Positions 43,675-54,319 are shown, counted from the first letter of the stretch. The stretch is 64,000 nucleotides of DNA from an uncultured Lachnospiraceae bacterium (GCA_947168905.1 CAMVNR010000002.1:1898-65897); one strand, 5' to 3'. Notes: generated by a model not told the origin, from the sequence alone. A program made the numbers and translations.

Positions 43675-46059
43675 ATGCGTACAACAGAACGGTTGAATCA
43701 GGACTGGTATTTCAGGCTGGATTCAGAACATGATTACAGGAATGCACAGGCAGGCGCAGAGGGCTTCAGGAAACTGACGCTGCCGCACGACTGGAGCGTT
43801 GACTATGCGCCGGAGGAGAATGAACCGACCGGCGGAGGCGGCGGATTCGGGAAATCCGGCATCGGCTGGTATTTAAAAACACTGAAACTGGATCATATTC
43901 AGAAGGACGGGAAGATTTTCCTGTACTTCGAAGGCATATATATGGATTCGACCGTGTATGTGAACGGCAGGGAAGCCGGCGGACACGGTTATGGATACAC
44001 TTCGTTCTATGTGGATATTACGGCGTTTGTAACGGAAGGGGAGAACCGGATCGCGGTGCGCGTGAACAACGGTCTCGTCCCGAATTCCCGCTGGTATTCG
44101 GGCTCCGGCATCTACCGGGATGTGTATCTCGTGCGGACGGAGGCACTGCATTTCGCGCACTTCGGCCTCCGGGCCGCGGCAAACGGCATCTATCCCGAAC
44201 AGGACCAGGCCACGCTGCAGATTCAGGCGGCCGTCGTGAATGAGACGGAGCATCCGCTTGCCGTCGGCATCCGGCACCGTCTGTACGACGCGGACGGACA
44301 GTGTGTGTCCTCTTCCGGTATCGCGCTTCGGCTGGAGGGAGGAGAGGAAAGCGACTGCTTGACGCGTCCCACGGTCACTTCCCCTGTCCTGTGGACCGAC
44401 GAGAAGCCTTATCTTTATACCCTGAAATCCGAGCTTCTTCTGGACGGAAAAACGGTGGACGAGCTGGAGACGCGCGTCGGTATCCGGACCGCGGTTTTCG
44501 ACGCGGACAGGGGCTTCCTTCTGAACGGAAAGACCGTCAAGATCAAGGGCATGTGCGTGCATCATGACGGAGGCCTCACGGGAGCCGCGTTCTACCGCGA
44601 GACCTGGGAGAGGCGGCTAAGGAAGCTGAAGGACATGGGCTGCAACGGAATCCGTACGGCGCATAACCCGCCGGCGCCGGGGCTTCTCGACCTCTGCGAC
44701 GAGCTCGGCTTCCTCGTCATGGATGAAGCCTTTGACGAATGGCTTCTCGCAAAAAACAAGACCGACAACTACTATTCGGAGCAGCTGGCCTACGGCTTAA
44801 GCCTGTTTTTCACGAAACACGCCGAGGAGGATCTTGTCACGATGATCCGCCGGGATTACAATCACCCCTCGGTGATCCTGTGGTCGATCGGCAATGAAAT
44901 CCCGGAGCAGTCATCGATTGACGGCGTGAAGATGCTGAAGACCCTTCAGGAGATCTGTCACCGGGAGGATACCAGCCGCATGGTGACATCTGCTTGCGAC
45001 AATATCGCGGCGGTGGAGCCGATCCGGACTTCAAGAGAGTTCGAAAACGCCCTGGATGTGGTGGGCTACAACTATGTCGGACGCTGGAGGGAGCGCGCGG
45101 AGACCTTCTACGAAGAGGACCGCACTGAGTTTCCGAAGCGCCGCTTCATCGGGACGGAGAATCCGTCTGCGGGCGGTGTGCGCGGCGAATACCGTCAGGA
45201 AGGCCGATTCGGAAGCTACGCCAATGTGTCGATGCACCACGAGCCGCTGTGGCGCTTCACGGCATCGCATGATTATGTCTCCGGAGACTATCTGTGGACC
45301 GGCATCGATTATCTCGGCGAAACCCGCTGGCCGTCCCGCGGCGCGGGTTCGGGGCCCCTGGATACCGCCGGCTTTGAAAAGGACAGCTTCTACTATTTCC
45401 GTTCGATCTGGAATGATCAGGAGGTCACGCTGCATCTTCTTCCCGCCTGGAATTTCCCGGGCGAAGAGGGAAGCTACAAGCAGGTGGTGGCCTACACAAA
45501 CTGCGAGGAAGTGAAGCTCTATATCAACGGAAAATATGTCGGCGCAAGAGGCTGCGAATGCCCGAGATACGGCGCCACGAAATCCTGGATGGACGGCTGG
45601 GAAAAGCGCGGACGCATTACGACAAATGACCTGCATCTTGCCTGGGACGTTGTGTACGAGCCGGGCGTCCTCAGGGCGGAAGGCTACATCGGCGGAAAGG
45701 TCGCCGCGGTGGCCGAGGTCCGCACGAATACCGCGATGTCCTTCCTTACGACGGATACCGACCGGACGAGGATTCCGGTGGGCGGAATCGCGCAGATTGA
45801 ACTGAGTGCGGCTGATGAAAGCGGTACGTTTGACGCCACGGCCTGCCCCATGATTTCCTGCACGATCGAAGGCCCGGGAGAGCTTCTCGGGATGGATGCG
45901 GGGGATCTGACGGATCTTTCTCTGTACGGAAGCGAAAAGCGCAGAATGTTCCACGGGCTGCTGCTCGCGGCGGTCCGGGCAGTCGGTTCGGGCGAAATCC
46001 ATGTGAAGTTTACTGCGGAAAACGGCACCGAAACGGAGTGCATCATCCACGCGGAATAA
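43675..46059 (+). CDS. Glycoside hydrolase family 2 (beta-galactosidase/beta-glucuronidase-like)
   Basis: LPHDWSVDY, GIYRDVYL, GMCVHHDGG, IRTAHNPP and NHPSVILWSIGNE (acid/base Glu context). No signal peptide. Confidence 0.85.
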   Translation: MRTTERLNQDWYFRLDSEHDYRNAQAGAEGFRKLTLPHDWSVDYAPEENEPTGGGGGFGKSGIGWYLKTLKLDHIQKDGKIFLYFEGIYMDSTVYVNGREAGGHGYGYTSFYVDITAFVTEGENRIAVRVNNGLVPNSRWYSGSGIYRDVYLVRTEALHFAHFGLRAAANGIYPEQDQATLQIQAAVVNETEHPLAVGIRHRLYDADGQCVSSSGIALRLEGGEESDCLTRPTVTSPVLWTDEKPYLYTLKSELLLDGKTVDELETRVGIRTAVFDADRGFLLNGKTVKIKGMCVHHDGGLTGAAFYRETWERRLRKLKDMGCNGIRTAHNPPAPGLLDLCDELGFLVMDEAFDEWLLAKNKTDNYYSEQLAYGLSLFFTKHAEEDLVTMIRRDYNHPSVILWSIGNEIPEQSSIDGVKMLKTLQEICHREDTSRMVTSACDNIAAVEPIRTSREFENALDVVGYNYVGRWRERAETFYEEDRTEFPKRRFIGTENPSAGGVRGEYRQEGRFGSYANVSMHHEPLWRFTASHDYVSGDYLWTGIDYLGETRWPSRGAGSGPLDTAGFEKDSFYYFRSIWNDQEVTLHLLPAWNFPGEEGSYKQVVAYTNCEEVKLYINGKYVGARGCECPRYGATKSWMDGWEKRGRITTNDLHLAWDVVYEPGVLRAEGYIGGKVAAVAEVRTNTAMSFLTTDTDRTRIPVGGIAQIELSAADESGTFDATACPMISCTIEGPGELLGMDAGDLTDLSLYGSEKRRMFHGLLLAAVRAVGSGEIHVKFTAENGTETECIIHAE

Positions 46060-46074
46060 AGACACGAAAAACGG

Positions 46075-47961
46075 GGGCAGTTAAAAAAGTCCCAATGACA
46101 CGAGCCCGGTGAAGACCGGGCTCAAAGTCTGTTTGCATATATTTTTTTCATAATAAACCCGCCGTTTTTGTAGTAAATACGGCGGGTTTCTGGGATAATT
46201 AAAGTATGCTAAAACCAAATCATACCGATAAATATTATACTCCCATTCAGTTGAAATTGCCACTGGAAATTGAAAGAATTATTGATATTTCAGATCCGGT
46301 GTACAGTTTCAATGAGATCATGAATCACATCGACCTGAAAGAACATCTCACAGTGAAGGAGCACGGGATCGGTCGTCCAAGGTGTGATTCCGTGAAGATG
46401 CTGAAAATCATCCTTTTTTCGTTCATGGAGAACGGTTATCTCTCCCTCGGGAACATCGAAAAATCCTGCAAAACCGATATCCGATACATGTGGCTTCTGG
46501 ATGGGATGAAGCCTCCGACATATGTCACTTTCGGAAACTTCATTAAGAATGAACTATCAGAATCCGTAGAGGAAATCTTCGGCGTAGTCAACCGAAGCAT
46601 CTTTGACTATGAGCATGTCGATACCGATCATGCCTACATTGACGGGACAAAGATTGAAGCCAATGCCAACAAGTACACATGGGTCTGGAAAAAGTCCTGC
46701 ACGAGGAACCGCGACAAGGTCTTTTTGAAGGTCACCGGTCTCATTGAGAGAATTAATGCCGAAGATCTTTTGTATTTTGGAGTGAGATTTGAGCCCCGTT
46801 CAGAATACGCCATTGAATACATAGATCAGATGTTGGAGTCATATCAACTGACGATGGGGATTGACGAATCAACTTTTGTCAGCGGAAAGGGACACCATAA
46901 GAGTAACGTTCAGAGAAAGTATGAGGAACTAAAAGGATACCGTGACCGGCTGAAGAACTATGCGAGGCATATAGAAATCTGCGGGGAAGCCCGGAACAGT
47001 TATTCAAAGACAGATCACGGGGCGACTTTTATGCGTGTTAAAAGAGACTACATGGGGAATGACCAGCTTCTGCCGGCATACAACATGCAGGCTGTGATCT
47101 GTGACGAATATATTGCAGCGATCGACGCAAAACAATACGCTTCGGATATGGATTGTTCTGATGGAAAAGTTCAGAGACATTTACGGTCATTATCCGAAGT
47201 ATCCTGTGGCTGATGCCGGGTATGGCTCCTACAACAATTATCTTTATTGTGAGGAACACGGCATGGAGAAGTACATGAAATTCACGATGTATGACAAGGA
47301 AAGCAAAGATCCAAAGTACAGGGAGAATCCATTCCGGGCAGTAAACTTTAAAAAGGGCGCAGACGGTAATCCTGTGTGTCCGAATGGGAAGAGATTCAAT
47401 TTCAAGTATGACCAGCATGTACGAGGCAACAAGTATGGGCGGACTGAGGAAGTCTATGAATGTGAAAGCTGCGAAGGGTGTGAGCTGAAGGGCAAGTGTT
47501 CAAGGAGCAGAGGAAACCGGAAGATACAGATCAACCGGGAGTTGACGGCGATCCATAAGGAGGTTCTGGAAAACCTGGACAGCGTACAGGGAGCCTTGTT
47601 AAGAATGAATCAGAGCATCCAGGCAGAGGGAACATATGGAAGTATGAAATGGAATCGGTCATACAAAAGGGCATTTAGACGAGGGTTAAAAGACGTAATT
47701 CTGGAGTTTACGCTGATAGCGATCGGTTTCAACTGGTGGAAATATCACAATAAGACACAGCGTTTGGAAGAAAGCGCATAAAGGCAGAGAAAAACAATCA
47801 TTGAAAAAAGCTGGAATTGGCCTCCGGCTTTTTAGAGGACGGAGAAAAAGATAAAAATAGACCACCAGAAATGATAAAACAATTTTAAAAAAGAATCAGA
47901 CCATCGGGATGGATTAAAACCCAATGGTCTGATTCTTTAAAGAGACTTTTTTAACAGCCCC
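46075..47961 (+). mobile_element. IS1182-family insertion sequence (complete ends, frameshifted transposase)
   Basis: Terminal inverted repeats GGGGCAGTTAAAAAAGTC (left) and GACTTTTTTAACAGCCCC (right). The element is visibly more AT-rich than its flanks. The internal transposase reading frame is split in two. Confidence 0.8.
46206..47781 (+). pseudogene. IS1182/IS5-like DDE transposase, interrupted by one frameshift near 47150-47165
   Basis: ORF 46206-47213 ends ...ICDEYIAAIDAKQYASDMDC. The overlapping ORF 47101-47781 continues in another frame with LMEKFRDIYGHYPKYPVADAGYGSYNNYLYCEEHGMEKYMKF, the expected continuation through the second catalytic Asp region. Confidence 0.75.
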
Positions 47962-48139
47962 TGTTATGATTATGAATCATCAGTAATGGATGCTCTTGAT
48001 GAAATTCTGAACCAGAGTTTTGGCCGATTCATCTTCATTGACATAAACCATCGTGGTTTTGATCTATCCTGTCCGCACTTTGTTATGGCTGCATGAAGCT
48101 TTATGAAACGGGAGAACCCTGCCCGTACTGTGGATACTG

Positions 48140-50788
48140 TCAGATGGTTTTTACGGCCCTGTCCCCGCGGTCTGCTGTAATAATGAGAAGAGAGAGATAC
48201 AGCAGGAATTTACCGCCGGCATGAAGGGCAGGATCCTGGAGAAGCAGGAGGAAAATGATCAGAAGGAAATCCGAAACAACCATAAGGAGCACAGAAGACC
48301 GAAGGCGGGGATGTTCGTTTATTGAACTCAGCCTGAGAAGTAACAGGACCGGCAAATAGACAGCCGCTGCCCAGCCCAGGAGTCTGTGGCTGGGGACAAA
48401 GAATATAATGACAGCCAGACTGACCGGCAGGGAAATCACGGCCCACTGGATCCATTTTCCGCGGGACATGCGGTTCCTTAGGATACAGTAGTTGATCATG
48501 ACTGCCCGTGACAGAAGACACAGGAAGGCACCGCCTGCGAAGTGTTCCGGCAGGAGAAGATCCGCTGTAAGCGCGAGTAACAGTGCGGGAAAGAGGGATT
48601 CAAGCAGACTTCGGACATTTTTTACGGGACGGTGCAGCAGAAAATAGGCGCCAGTCAGGGCGCAGGAGGCCGCCGCTTTCCAGAGGACGCCGACATACGG
48701 CTGATCGGCAAAAAACCAGTAGGCGGTTTCTGCCTCCAGAACCGAGATGCCGAAGATACACAGGAGGATGATTAACAGCGGGCTTTGCTTCCGATAACGT
48801 TCCGAACGGCTCCGAAGCAGCAGCCAAGCGACAGCTAAGAGGACGAAGGCCGTAATGGCGATGATGATCGTAAGCATGAGGCGCCAGGAAATTACAGGCG
48901 AAGCAATATCCAGGAACACCGCAAGATCCCAGCCGCCGAAGCTTTGCTCGGTAAAGCCCTCGAGAAGAACCGGCTGCAGATTATCCGAGAGAAAAGCGGT
49001 TCCGCGCTCGCCTGAGGATACCTTAACAGCCGGAGAGGCCGTCCCTTTATATAAAGCGGAGGCTTTGACGGAACATAAAGCGTTCAGACATGCAACGGTA
49101 CCGCTTCCTTCGGCGGTCCATTCGACTTTATAATTGGAGTCCATCGGAACAGCCATAACGCTGACATTGCCGATGCGTTCCATGTAAAAAAATTCAGACG
49201 CATCCTCGAAGGATATCCAGTCGGCGTTGACGGTCTTTTCTCCGTTCCTGTACAGCGTCACGTACTCCGTGCCGGTGCCAGGATCGGATAATGTGATATC
49301 GACCGGCCCCTTCACCATGACATAATAAAAGGAGGTGTTGGGCTCAAAGATCCCTTCCCGGATGGTGTAGGCATTGGCAAGATAGGCATTTTCCGTATGC
49401 TCTGTAATCAGGCGGAGAAACGTGTTTCCGGTATTTTGGTCCGCGGCAGAAAGACCTGAGCGGGAGGCCAGGGATCTGACAATCCGGGAGAGATACCCGA
49501 GCATATCGTCAAAATCCGAACGGGTATCGGGATCCGTACTGATCTCTGTCATGAGTTTTCGAAGCGTTGCCACAGAATTCTGAACAGTCTTCTCCTCCAT
49601 GATGCCTACAAGGGCCGGCTGATATTTTTCACAGTAATTCTCCTGCGTCCCGACAAGATCCAGAACCAGAGAATAGAGCAGCCTGAGCCGCAGGTTGAGC
49701 TCCGCGCTGTAAGCGCTTTCGACTCCGAAAACCTTCCGGTTGGTATCCTGCCGTTCTGAGGCGACCACGCTTCCCAGAATGGAGGAAAATTCCTTGGTCG
49801 GCAGATAAAATGTGCTGCCGTACCGGTCGAATCCCCAGTCCGCCGGCATCACCTGCGGAACCAGGTCCATCGGTCCGATAATATTGAAAATATTCTCATA
49901 GCCTTTCTCCGGCGGATTTTTTACCGCAGCCGGAGTGGCAAAAGTATAGGCATAGATGTCCGTGTTGGAAAAATCCTTGTACTGTACGAGCTTCCCCGCG
50001 ACGAGATTCGAAACGGCGGCAGCGCGGCTGAAACCGGAAATCCAGATCTTGATCCGGCCTTCGATGTTCCGGGAAGCGATATAGCCGAAGAGACGGTCCA
50101 GCACCAGTTCCGCGGCACTGTCAAAGCCTGCATGGATTTCGCCGTTTCCGGGGGACATGTTGGATTCCCATTCACTTCTGTATTTGCCGCCGCAGACGCC
50201 GATGGCAATCAGGGTGAACGGTTCCTCCCCGGGAGCCTCCATTTGTCGCATTCCGATCGCGGTCGAGACGGTATACATGCTCGGTATTTTGGAATAATCG
50301 TCCTTACGGATATCAGAGAATCCCGCGTCGCCCAGATAATGGACAAGATTCAGCGCGGGATCAAAATCTTCTGCGGAAATATGTTCAAAACCGACGGCCC
50401 GGTTGGCCGAGAGAGCCATGGCAAGGGACATGACGGCAAGATTTCCGTCGTAGGAGGTCGCAGGGAGGAAAAAAGGATAGTCCATGAAGTCGGTCGTGTA
50501 CTCAAAGGAATTCTGATCCCCGATGCTGTTGAACCCCGCGCGGACAGTACGGAAAGGGTGGCCGTTGATGAGAAGCGGTTCTCCGTCGCTGTCAAAGGTG
50601 ATTTTGGCTCTTGAACCGAAACGGTCCCAAAGACGGAGCTGTTCCTCGGTATATTGAGTATCCCCCTCGGTATCGGTAAGAGACTCGTCAGAAGCATCTG
50701 CAGCCGCCGCTGCATAAGCAGGAAGCCGGAATACCGTAAGACTCAGGAACAGAACAAATAGAAGCAGCTGTGATAAAAGCTTTTTCAT
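48140..50788 (-). CDS. Secreted lipase-like alpha/beta hydrolase fused to a C-terminal polytopic YhhN-like membrane domain
   Basis: Start MKKLLSQLLLFVLFLSLTVF (signal peptide) with the RBS AGGGGGA upstream. Nucleophile-elbow-like IWISGFSRAAAV. The C-terminal ~270 aa have ~8 TM segments with YhhN-like acidic motifs (LALTADLLL, MVVSDFLLI). Confidence 0.7.
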   Translation of the reverse strand: MKKLLSQLLLFVLFLSLTVFRLPAYAAAAADASDESLTDTEGDTQYTEEQLRLWDRFGSRAKITFDSDGEPLLINGHPFRTVRAGFNSIGDQNSFEYTTDFMDYPFFLPATSYDGNLAVMSLAMALSANRAVGFEHISAEDFDPALNLVHYLGDAGFSDIRKDDYSKIPSMYTVSTAIGMRQMEAPGEEPFTLIAIGVCGGKYRSEWESNMSPGNGEIHAGFDSAAELVLDRLFGYIASRNIEGRIKIWISGFSRAAAVSNLVAGKLVQYKDFSNTDIYAYTFATPAAVKNPPEKGYENIFNIIGPMDLVPQVMPADWGFDRYGSTFYLPTKEFSSILGSVVASERQDTNRKVFGVESAYSAELNLRLRLLYSLVLDLVGTQENYCEKYQPALVGIMEEKTVQNSVATLRKLMTEISTDPDTRSDFDDMLGYLSRIVRSLASRSGLSAADQNTGNTFLRLITEHTENAYLANAYTIREGIFEPNTSFYYVMVKGPVDITLSDPGTGTEYVTLYRNGEKTVNADWISFEDASEFFYMERIGNVSVMAVPMDSNYKVEWTAEGSGTVACLNALCSVKASALYKGTASPAVKVSSGERGTAFLSDNLQPVLLEGFTEQSFGGWDLAVFLDIASPVISWRLMLTIIIAITAFVLLAVAWLLLRSRSERYRKQSPLLIILLCIFGISVLEAETAYWFFADQPYVGVLWKAAASCALTGAYFLLHRPVKNVRSLLESLFPALLLALTADLLLPEHFAGGAFLCLLSRAVMINYCILRNRMSRGKWIQWAVISLPVSLAVIIFFVPSHRLLGWAAAVYLPVLLLLRLSSINEHPRLRSSVLLMVVSDFLLIIFLLLLQDPALHAGGKFLLYLSLLIITADRGDRAVKTI

Positions 50789-50809
50789 CAAATTGATCCC
50801 CCTGTTCAA

Positions 50810-50840
50810 CGAAGCCGGGCTTCTTTCCCGGCTTCGTTTT
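50810..50840. terminator. Hairpin downstream of pyk
   Basis: 10-bp stem: cgaagccggg (50810-50819) with cccggcttcg (50827-50836). It is flanked by TTTT on the + strand and an A-run equivalent on the - strand. Confidence 0.5.
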
Positions 50841-50862
50841 AATATGAACGGGTCAGGCCGTT

Positions 50863-52275
50863 TCAGACGGTTTCGACGCGGATGGTGTTGGTATTGCCGG
50901 ACTGACCGTTGATGCGTCCGCCGGTCAGGACGACCGCGTCGCCCTTCTGGAGGCGGAAGATCTGCTTTGCGTGCATCACGGCGAAGTGGAACATGACATC
51001 CATCGAGTCGAACTGTTCGGACAGCACCGGGATGACTCCCCAGGAAAGGTTGAGCTTTCGCCAGGCCTTATCGGTCGTTGTCATGCCGATAATATCGACG
51101 GGGCAGCGGAAGCGGCTGACAAAGCGCGCGGTAATTCCGGAACGGGAGGATACGACGATGCCCTTCGCCTTCGTATCGATCGCCATGGTGCAGACCGCAT
51201 GGGAGATCGCATCCAGATTGTTCTTGATGCTGTAGGAGGTGTTGTAGAACCACTCCTTGTAATCGATGTTTTTCTCGGTATACTCGGCGATCTCCGCCAT
51301 ATTGCGCACCGATTCGACCGGGTATTTTCCGGCCGCGGATTCACCGGACAGCATAATGGCCGAGGTCCCGTCATAGACGGCGTTCGCCACATCGGAAATC
51401 TCCGCCCGTGTGGGACGGGGGTTCTGGATCATGGATTCGAGCATTTCGGTGGCAGTGATGACGCGCTTTCCTCTGAGCCGGCATTTCTGGATCAGAAGCT
51501 TCTGGACCGCCGGAACCTCGACATATGGAATCTCGACGCCGAGGTCGCCCCTGGCCACCATGATTCCGTCGGCGATTTCGCAGATTGAATCGATGTTTTC
51601 CACGCCCGAGCGGTTTTCGATCTTGGCGATGATATCGATGTCCTGCCCGCCGTTTTCATTGAGGAAGGAGCGCATCGCCAGCATATCCTCTTTCGTGGAA
51701 ACGAAGGAAGCGGCCACGAAATCCACATCGTTTTCTATGCCGAACAGCAGATCGGATTTGTCCTGTTCCGAGAGGAAGTCGTTCTTCATCAGCTTGTTCG
51801 GGAAATTCATGCTCTTGCGGTCGGAAAGGACGCCGCCCGCGATCACCCGGCAGTGAATCTGCGGCTTTTCGATCGACTCGACCTCCAGGATGACAATGCC
51901 GTTCGCGATGAGGACCCGGTCGCCGGGGGCAAGATCATCCGCCAGTCCCGTGTAGGAAACGGAAACGATCTTCTCATTGCCGACGATGTCTTCGGTTGTC
52001 AGGGTGAACATTTCGCCGTCCTTTAAGGTGACGGATTTGTTTTCAAAGGTCTTGATGCGGTACTCCGGACCCTTGGTGTCCAGCATGATCGCGATCGGAA
52101 GGTTCAGTTCCTCGCGGACTTTTTTGATTGTATTGATTTTGGCCTGATGCTCTTCGTGGGTACCGTGGGAAAAATTGAGGCGGGCGACATTCATGCCCGC
52201 AAGGCACATCTTTTTCAGCACTTCTTCAGACTCGCTCGAGGGTCCGATCGTGCAGATGATTTTGGTTTTTCTCAT
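50863..52275 (-). CDS. pyk: Pyruvate kinase
   Basis: MRKTKIICTIGPSSES, NVARLNFSHG, MVARGDLGVEIP. Start chosen at the ATG preceded by GGAGGAAC. Confidence 0.95.
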   Translation of the reverse strand: MRKTKIICTIGPSSESEEVLKKMCLAGMNVARLNFSHGTHEEHQAKINTIKKVREELNLPIAIMLDTKGPEYRIKTFENKSVTLKDGEMFTLTTEDIVGNEKIVSVSYTGLADDLAPGDRVLIANGIVILEVESIEKPQIHCRVIAGGVLSDRKSMNFPNKLMKNDFLSEQDKSDLLFGIENDVDFVAASFVSTKEDMLAMRSFLNENGGQDIDIIAKIENRSGVENIDSICEIADGIMVARGDLGVEIPYVEVPAVQKLLIQKCRLRGKRVITATEMLESMIQNPRPTRAEISDVANAVYDGTSAIMLSGESAAGKYPVESVRNMAEIAEYTEKNIDYKEWFYNTSYSIKNNLDAISHAVCTMAIDTKAKGIVVSSRSGITARFVSRFRCPVDIIGMTTTDKAWRKLNLSWGVIPVLSEQFDSMDVMFHFAVMHAKQIFRLQKGDAVVLTGGRINGQSGNTNTIRVETV

Positions 52276-52603
52276 GGGAGTTCCTCCGTATGAATTCATG
52301 ACCGGCGGGAAGGGTTCTTCAGCCGGCCGACAGTACTTCTGTCTGTATTGTAAATGATTCCCGGCCGAAAATCAATGAGAATGCCGAAAATGTTCGCTCT
52401 GTCAGCGGACAATTCTCCTTGACAAAACAGGAAGAAGACATTTAATATGATATCAGGGCCCCCTCCCGGGAGATCCTTCCTTTGATGGATAACTTCGTTT
52501 TATTCCGGCAGGAATCCGTGACCCGGCAAGAAGGGACAAAAGAACTGAAAAATGAGGCGCCGGTAAAGCACCCCGCTGTAAACATGAAAAGGAGATTGTG
52601 AGC

Positions 52604-54319
52604 ATGAAGTATACTGTTCGTGAGTATGTTCCGGATCTTCCCGTCGACTATGCGAAGGAACCTTACGGAACCGCGTACAAAGGCCTGTACCGTCAGGATG
52701 TGGAAACGGACGGACGAAAGAGGAAAATCATCACCTTTATTCCGGATGATTATTTCCCGCAGCAAAAGGGAGCGCTGATCTTCGTCCCCGCCGGGATGTC
52801 TGCAGAGGAATTTGTCAATACTTCAAAGTGGGTTGAGTGCGCCAGGGAGAATTCGATCTGCCTCATTTTCCTCACGGCGGATCGGAAATGGGGCAGGCCG
52901 GAAAAGGAAAACGAGTTTATTTACAAAGCCTTCAACCAGGCCTTTCACACCGTGGGCGTGATCAATTTCGATCAGAAGTATGCGATCGGCTACGGCGACA
53001 GCGCGTCTTTCCTCGCGGAATATCTGATGTACAATTCCCTGCTTTTCGGCGGAGCAGTCCTTTTCGGACCGGAGGACGTCAAAAAGAGCGCGCCGGGAAA
53101 GGCGAAGGACACGCATCGGATTCCCGTCTGGGTTATCAATGAGAAGGGCTTAGAAACGCCGGTACTGACGGAGTATTATAAAAAGAGAAACCTCTGCCGG
53201 GACGAGCATTTAAGAAACGACTGGGCGAGAGTCTACAATGAGCGGATGCTTCCGGCGGATGAAGACGAAAGGACGCAGGCCGTGAGCCGGGTCTGGGTCA
53301 GCGAAGCGAAGAACGCGAAGGAGCTTTATAAGAATGCCTCCTGGACAAAACGCGCGTATATGGACTTCCTGATTCATCGCTATCATCACGACCACCTTTC
53401 AACGACACAGCTCAAGGTGAATTTCTCGCTTCAGGAAATCGGCATGAAGGTCTACAAAAAACGCATGCCGCACGCATCCTTTGACAAACCGCAGGAGCGC
53501 ATCTGGTCGGTATATGCGCCGTCGGACTACGACGAGACGAAGGCGTATCCGATGGTCGTCGTCAGCCACGGCTTCGAATGCACGCACGACCTGATGGTGA
53601 AGAATACGGATTTCTGGAAGATTGCCGAACAGCGGAAGTTCATTGCGGTGTTCACCCAGGGACTGCCGACGGAGGGCTCGAATTACGGCCTCCCGCGCTG
53701 GAGAAGCGGCGGTCTCTATCCGATGCGCGGCTTTAAGATGCGCTTCAGGAAGGAGGACACGATTGACGATTTCAATTCTGAAATCGCTTATTTCAGAACG
53801 GTCGTCGAGGATGTGAAGAAGCATTATAATATCGATTCGTCCCGCATTTACTGCACCGGTCACAGCAACGGCTCGGCGATGACCTACGGCCTGTCGATGG
53901 CCATGGGCGATGTGTTCGCGGCTTCCGCCCAGATCGGCGGCGCTTGCTGGCAGTTCGCCTCCCTTGAGGAAATGCCGAAGGATCACTACCGTATGCCGGC
54001 GCTGAATATCTCCTGCGAGCACGATCCCTGGAAAGACCCCTATGACAAAGAAGCGCCTCTTTACTGGGAGCTTCTGTGGCGGAAGGTCGAGAACGGGGTC
54101 GATCCGGAGGCGGAGCCCTTTGTGGTGGACAACGGTACGGCAATTACCTACATCTGGAACAACGCGGACGGAATCCCGGTCGTGAAATTCGCGATGTACC
54201 GTGACTCCAACCATTCCTTCCACAGCGGCGCCGCGTGGTACATCTGGGACAGCTTCCTCTCGGGCTACAGCCGCGGCGAGGACGGAACACGCTACTACGG
54301 CGGGCGGCCTATCAGGTGA
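52604..54319 (+). CDS. Esterase, PHB-depolymerase/CE1-like alpha/beta hydrolase (possibly two tandem hydrolase-like halves)
   Basis: C-terminal half has CTGHSNGSAM (GxSxG). N-terminal half has GYGDSASF. The AAGGAG RBS is 9 nt before the ATG at 52604. Confidence 0.7.
   Translation: MKYTVREYVPDLPVDYAKEPYGTAYKGLYRQDVETDGRKRKIITFIPDDYFPQQKGALIFVPAGMSAEEFVNTSKWVECARENSICLIFLTADRKWGRPEKENEFIYKAFNQAFHTVGVINFDQKYAIGYGDSASFLAEYLMYNSLLFGGAVLFGPEDVKKSAPGKAKDTHRIPVWVINEKGLETPVLTEYYKKRNLCRDEHLRNDWARVYNERMLPADEDERTQAVSRVWVSEAKNAKELYKNASWTKRAYMDFLIHRYHHDHLSTTQLKVNFSLQEIGMKVYKKRMPHASFDKPQERIWSVYAPSDYDETKAYPMVVVSHGFECTHDLMVKNTDFWKIAEQRKFIAVFTQGLPTEGSNYGLPRWRSGGLYPMRGFKMRFRKEDTIDDFNSEIAYFRTVVEDVKKHYNIDSSRIYCTGHSNGSAMTYGLSMAMGDVFAASAQIGGACWQFASLEEMPKDHYRMPALNISCEHDPWKDPYDKEAPLYWELLWRKVENGVDPEAEPFVVDNGTAITYIWNNADGIPVVKFAMYRDSNHSFHSGAAWYIWDSFLSGYSRGEDGTRYYGGRPIR

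Noticed and set aside
43873-46065. 230-aa and 344-aa minus-strand ORFs
   Set aside because: They are antisense to the GH2 beta-galactosidase-like gene.
48078-48139. Zinc-ribbon-like peptide fragment (LCYGCMKLYETGEPCPYCGY) between the IS1182 right end and the lipase-like gene
   Set aside because: An in-frame stop lies immediately upstream (48060-48062). The only ATG gives a 43-aa product that runs antisense into the neighbouring gene. It may be a remnant of a gene destroyed by the IS insertion, but that is not supportable from this window.
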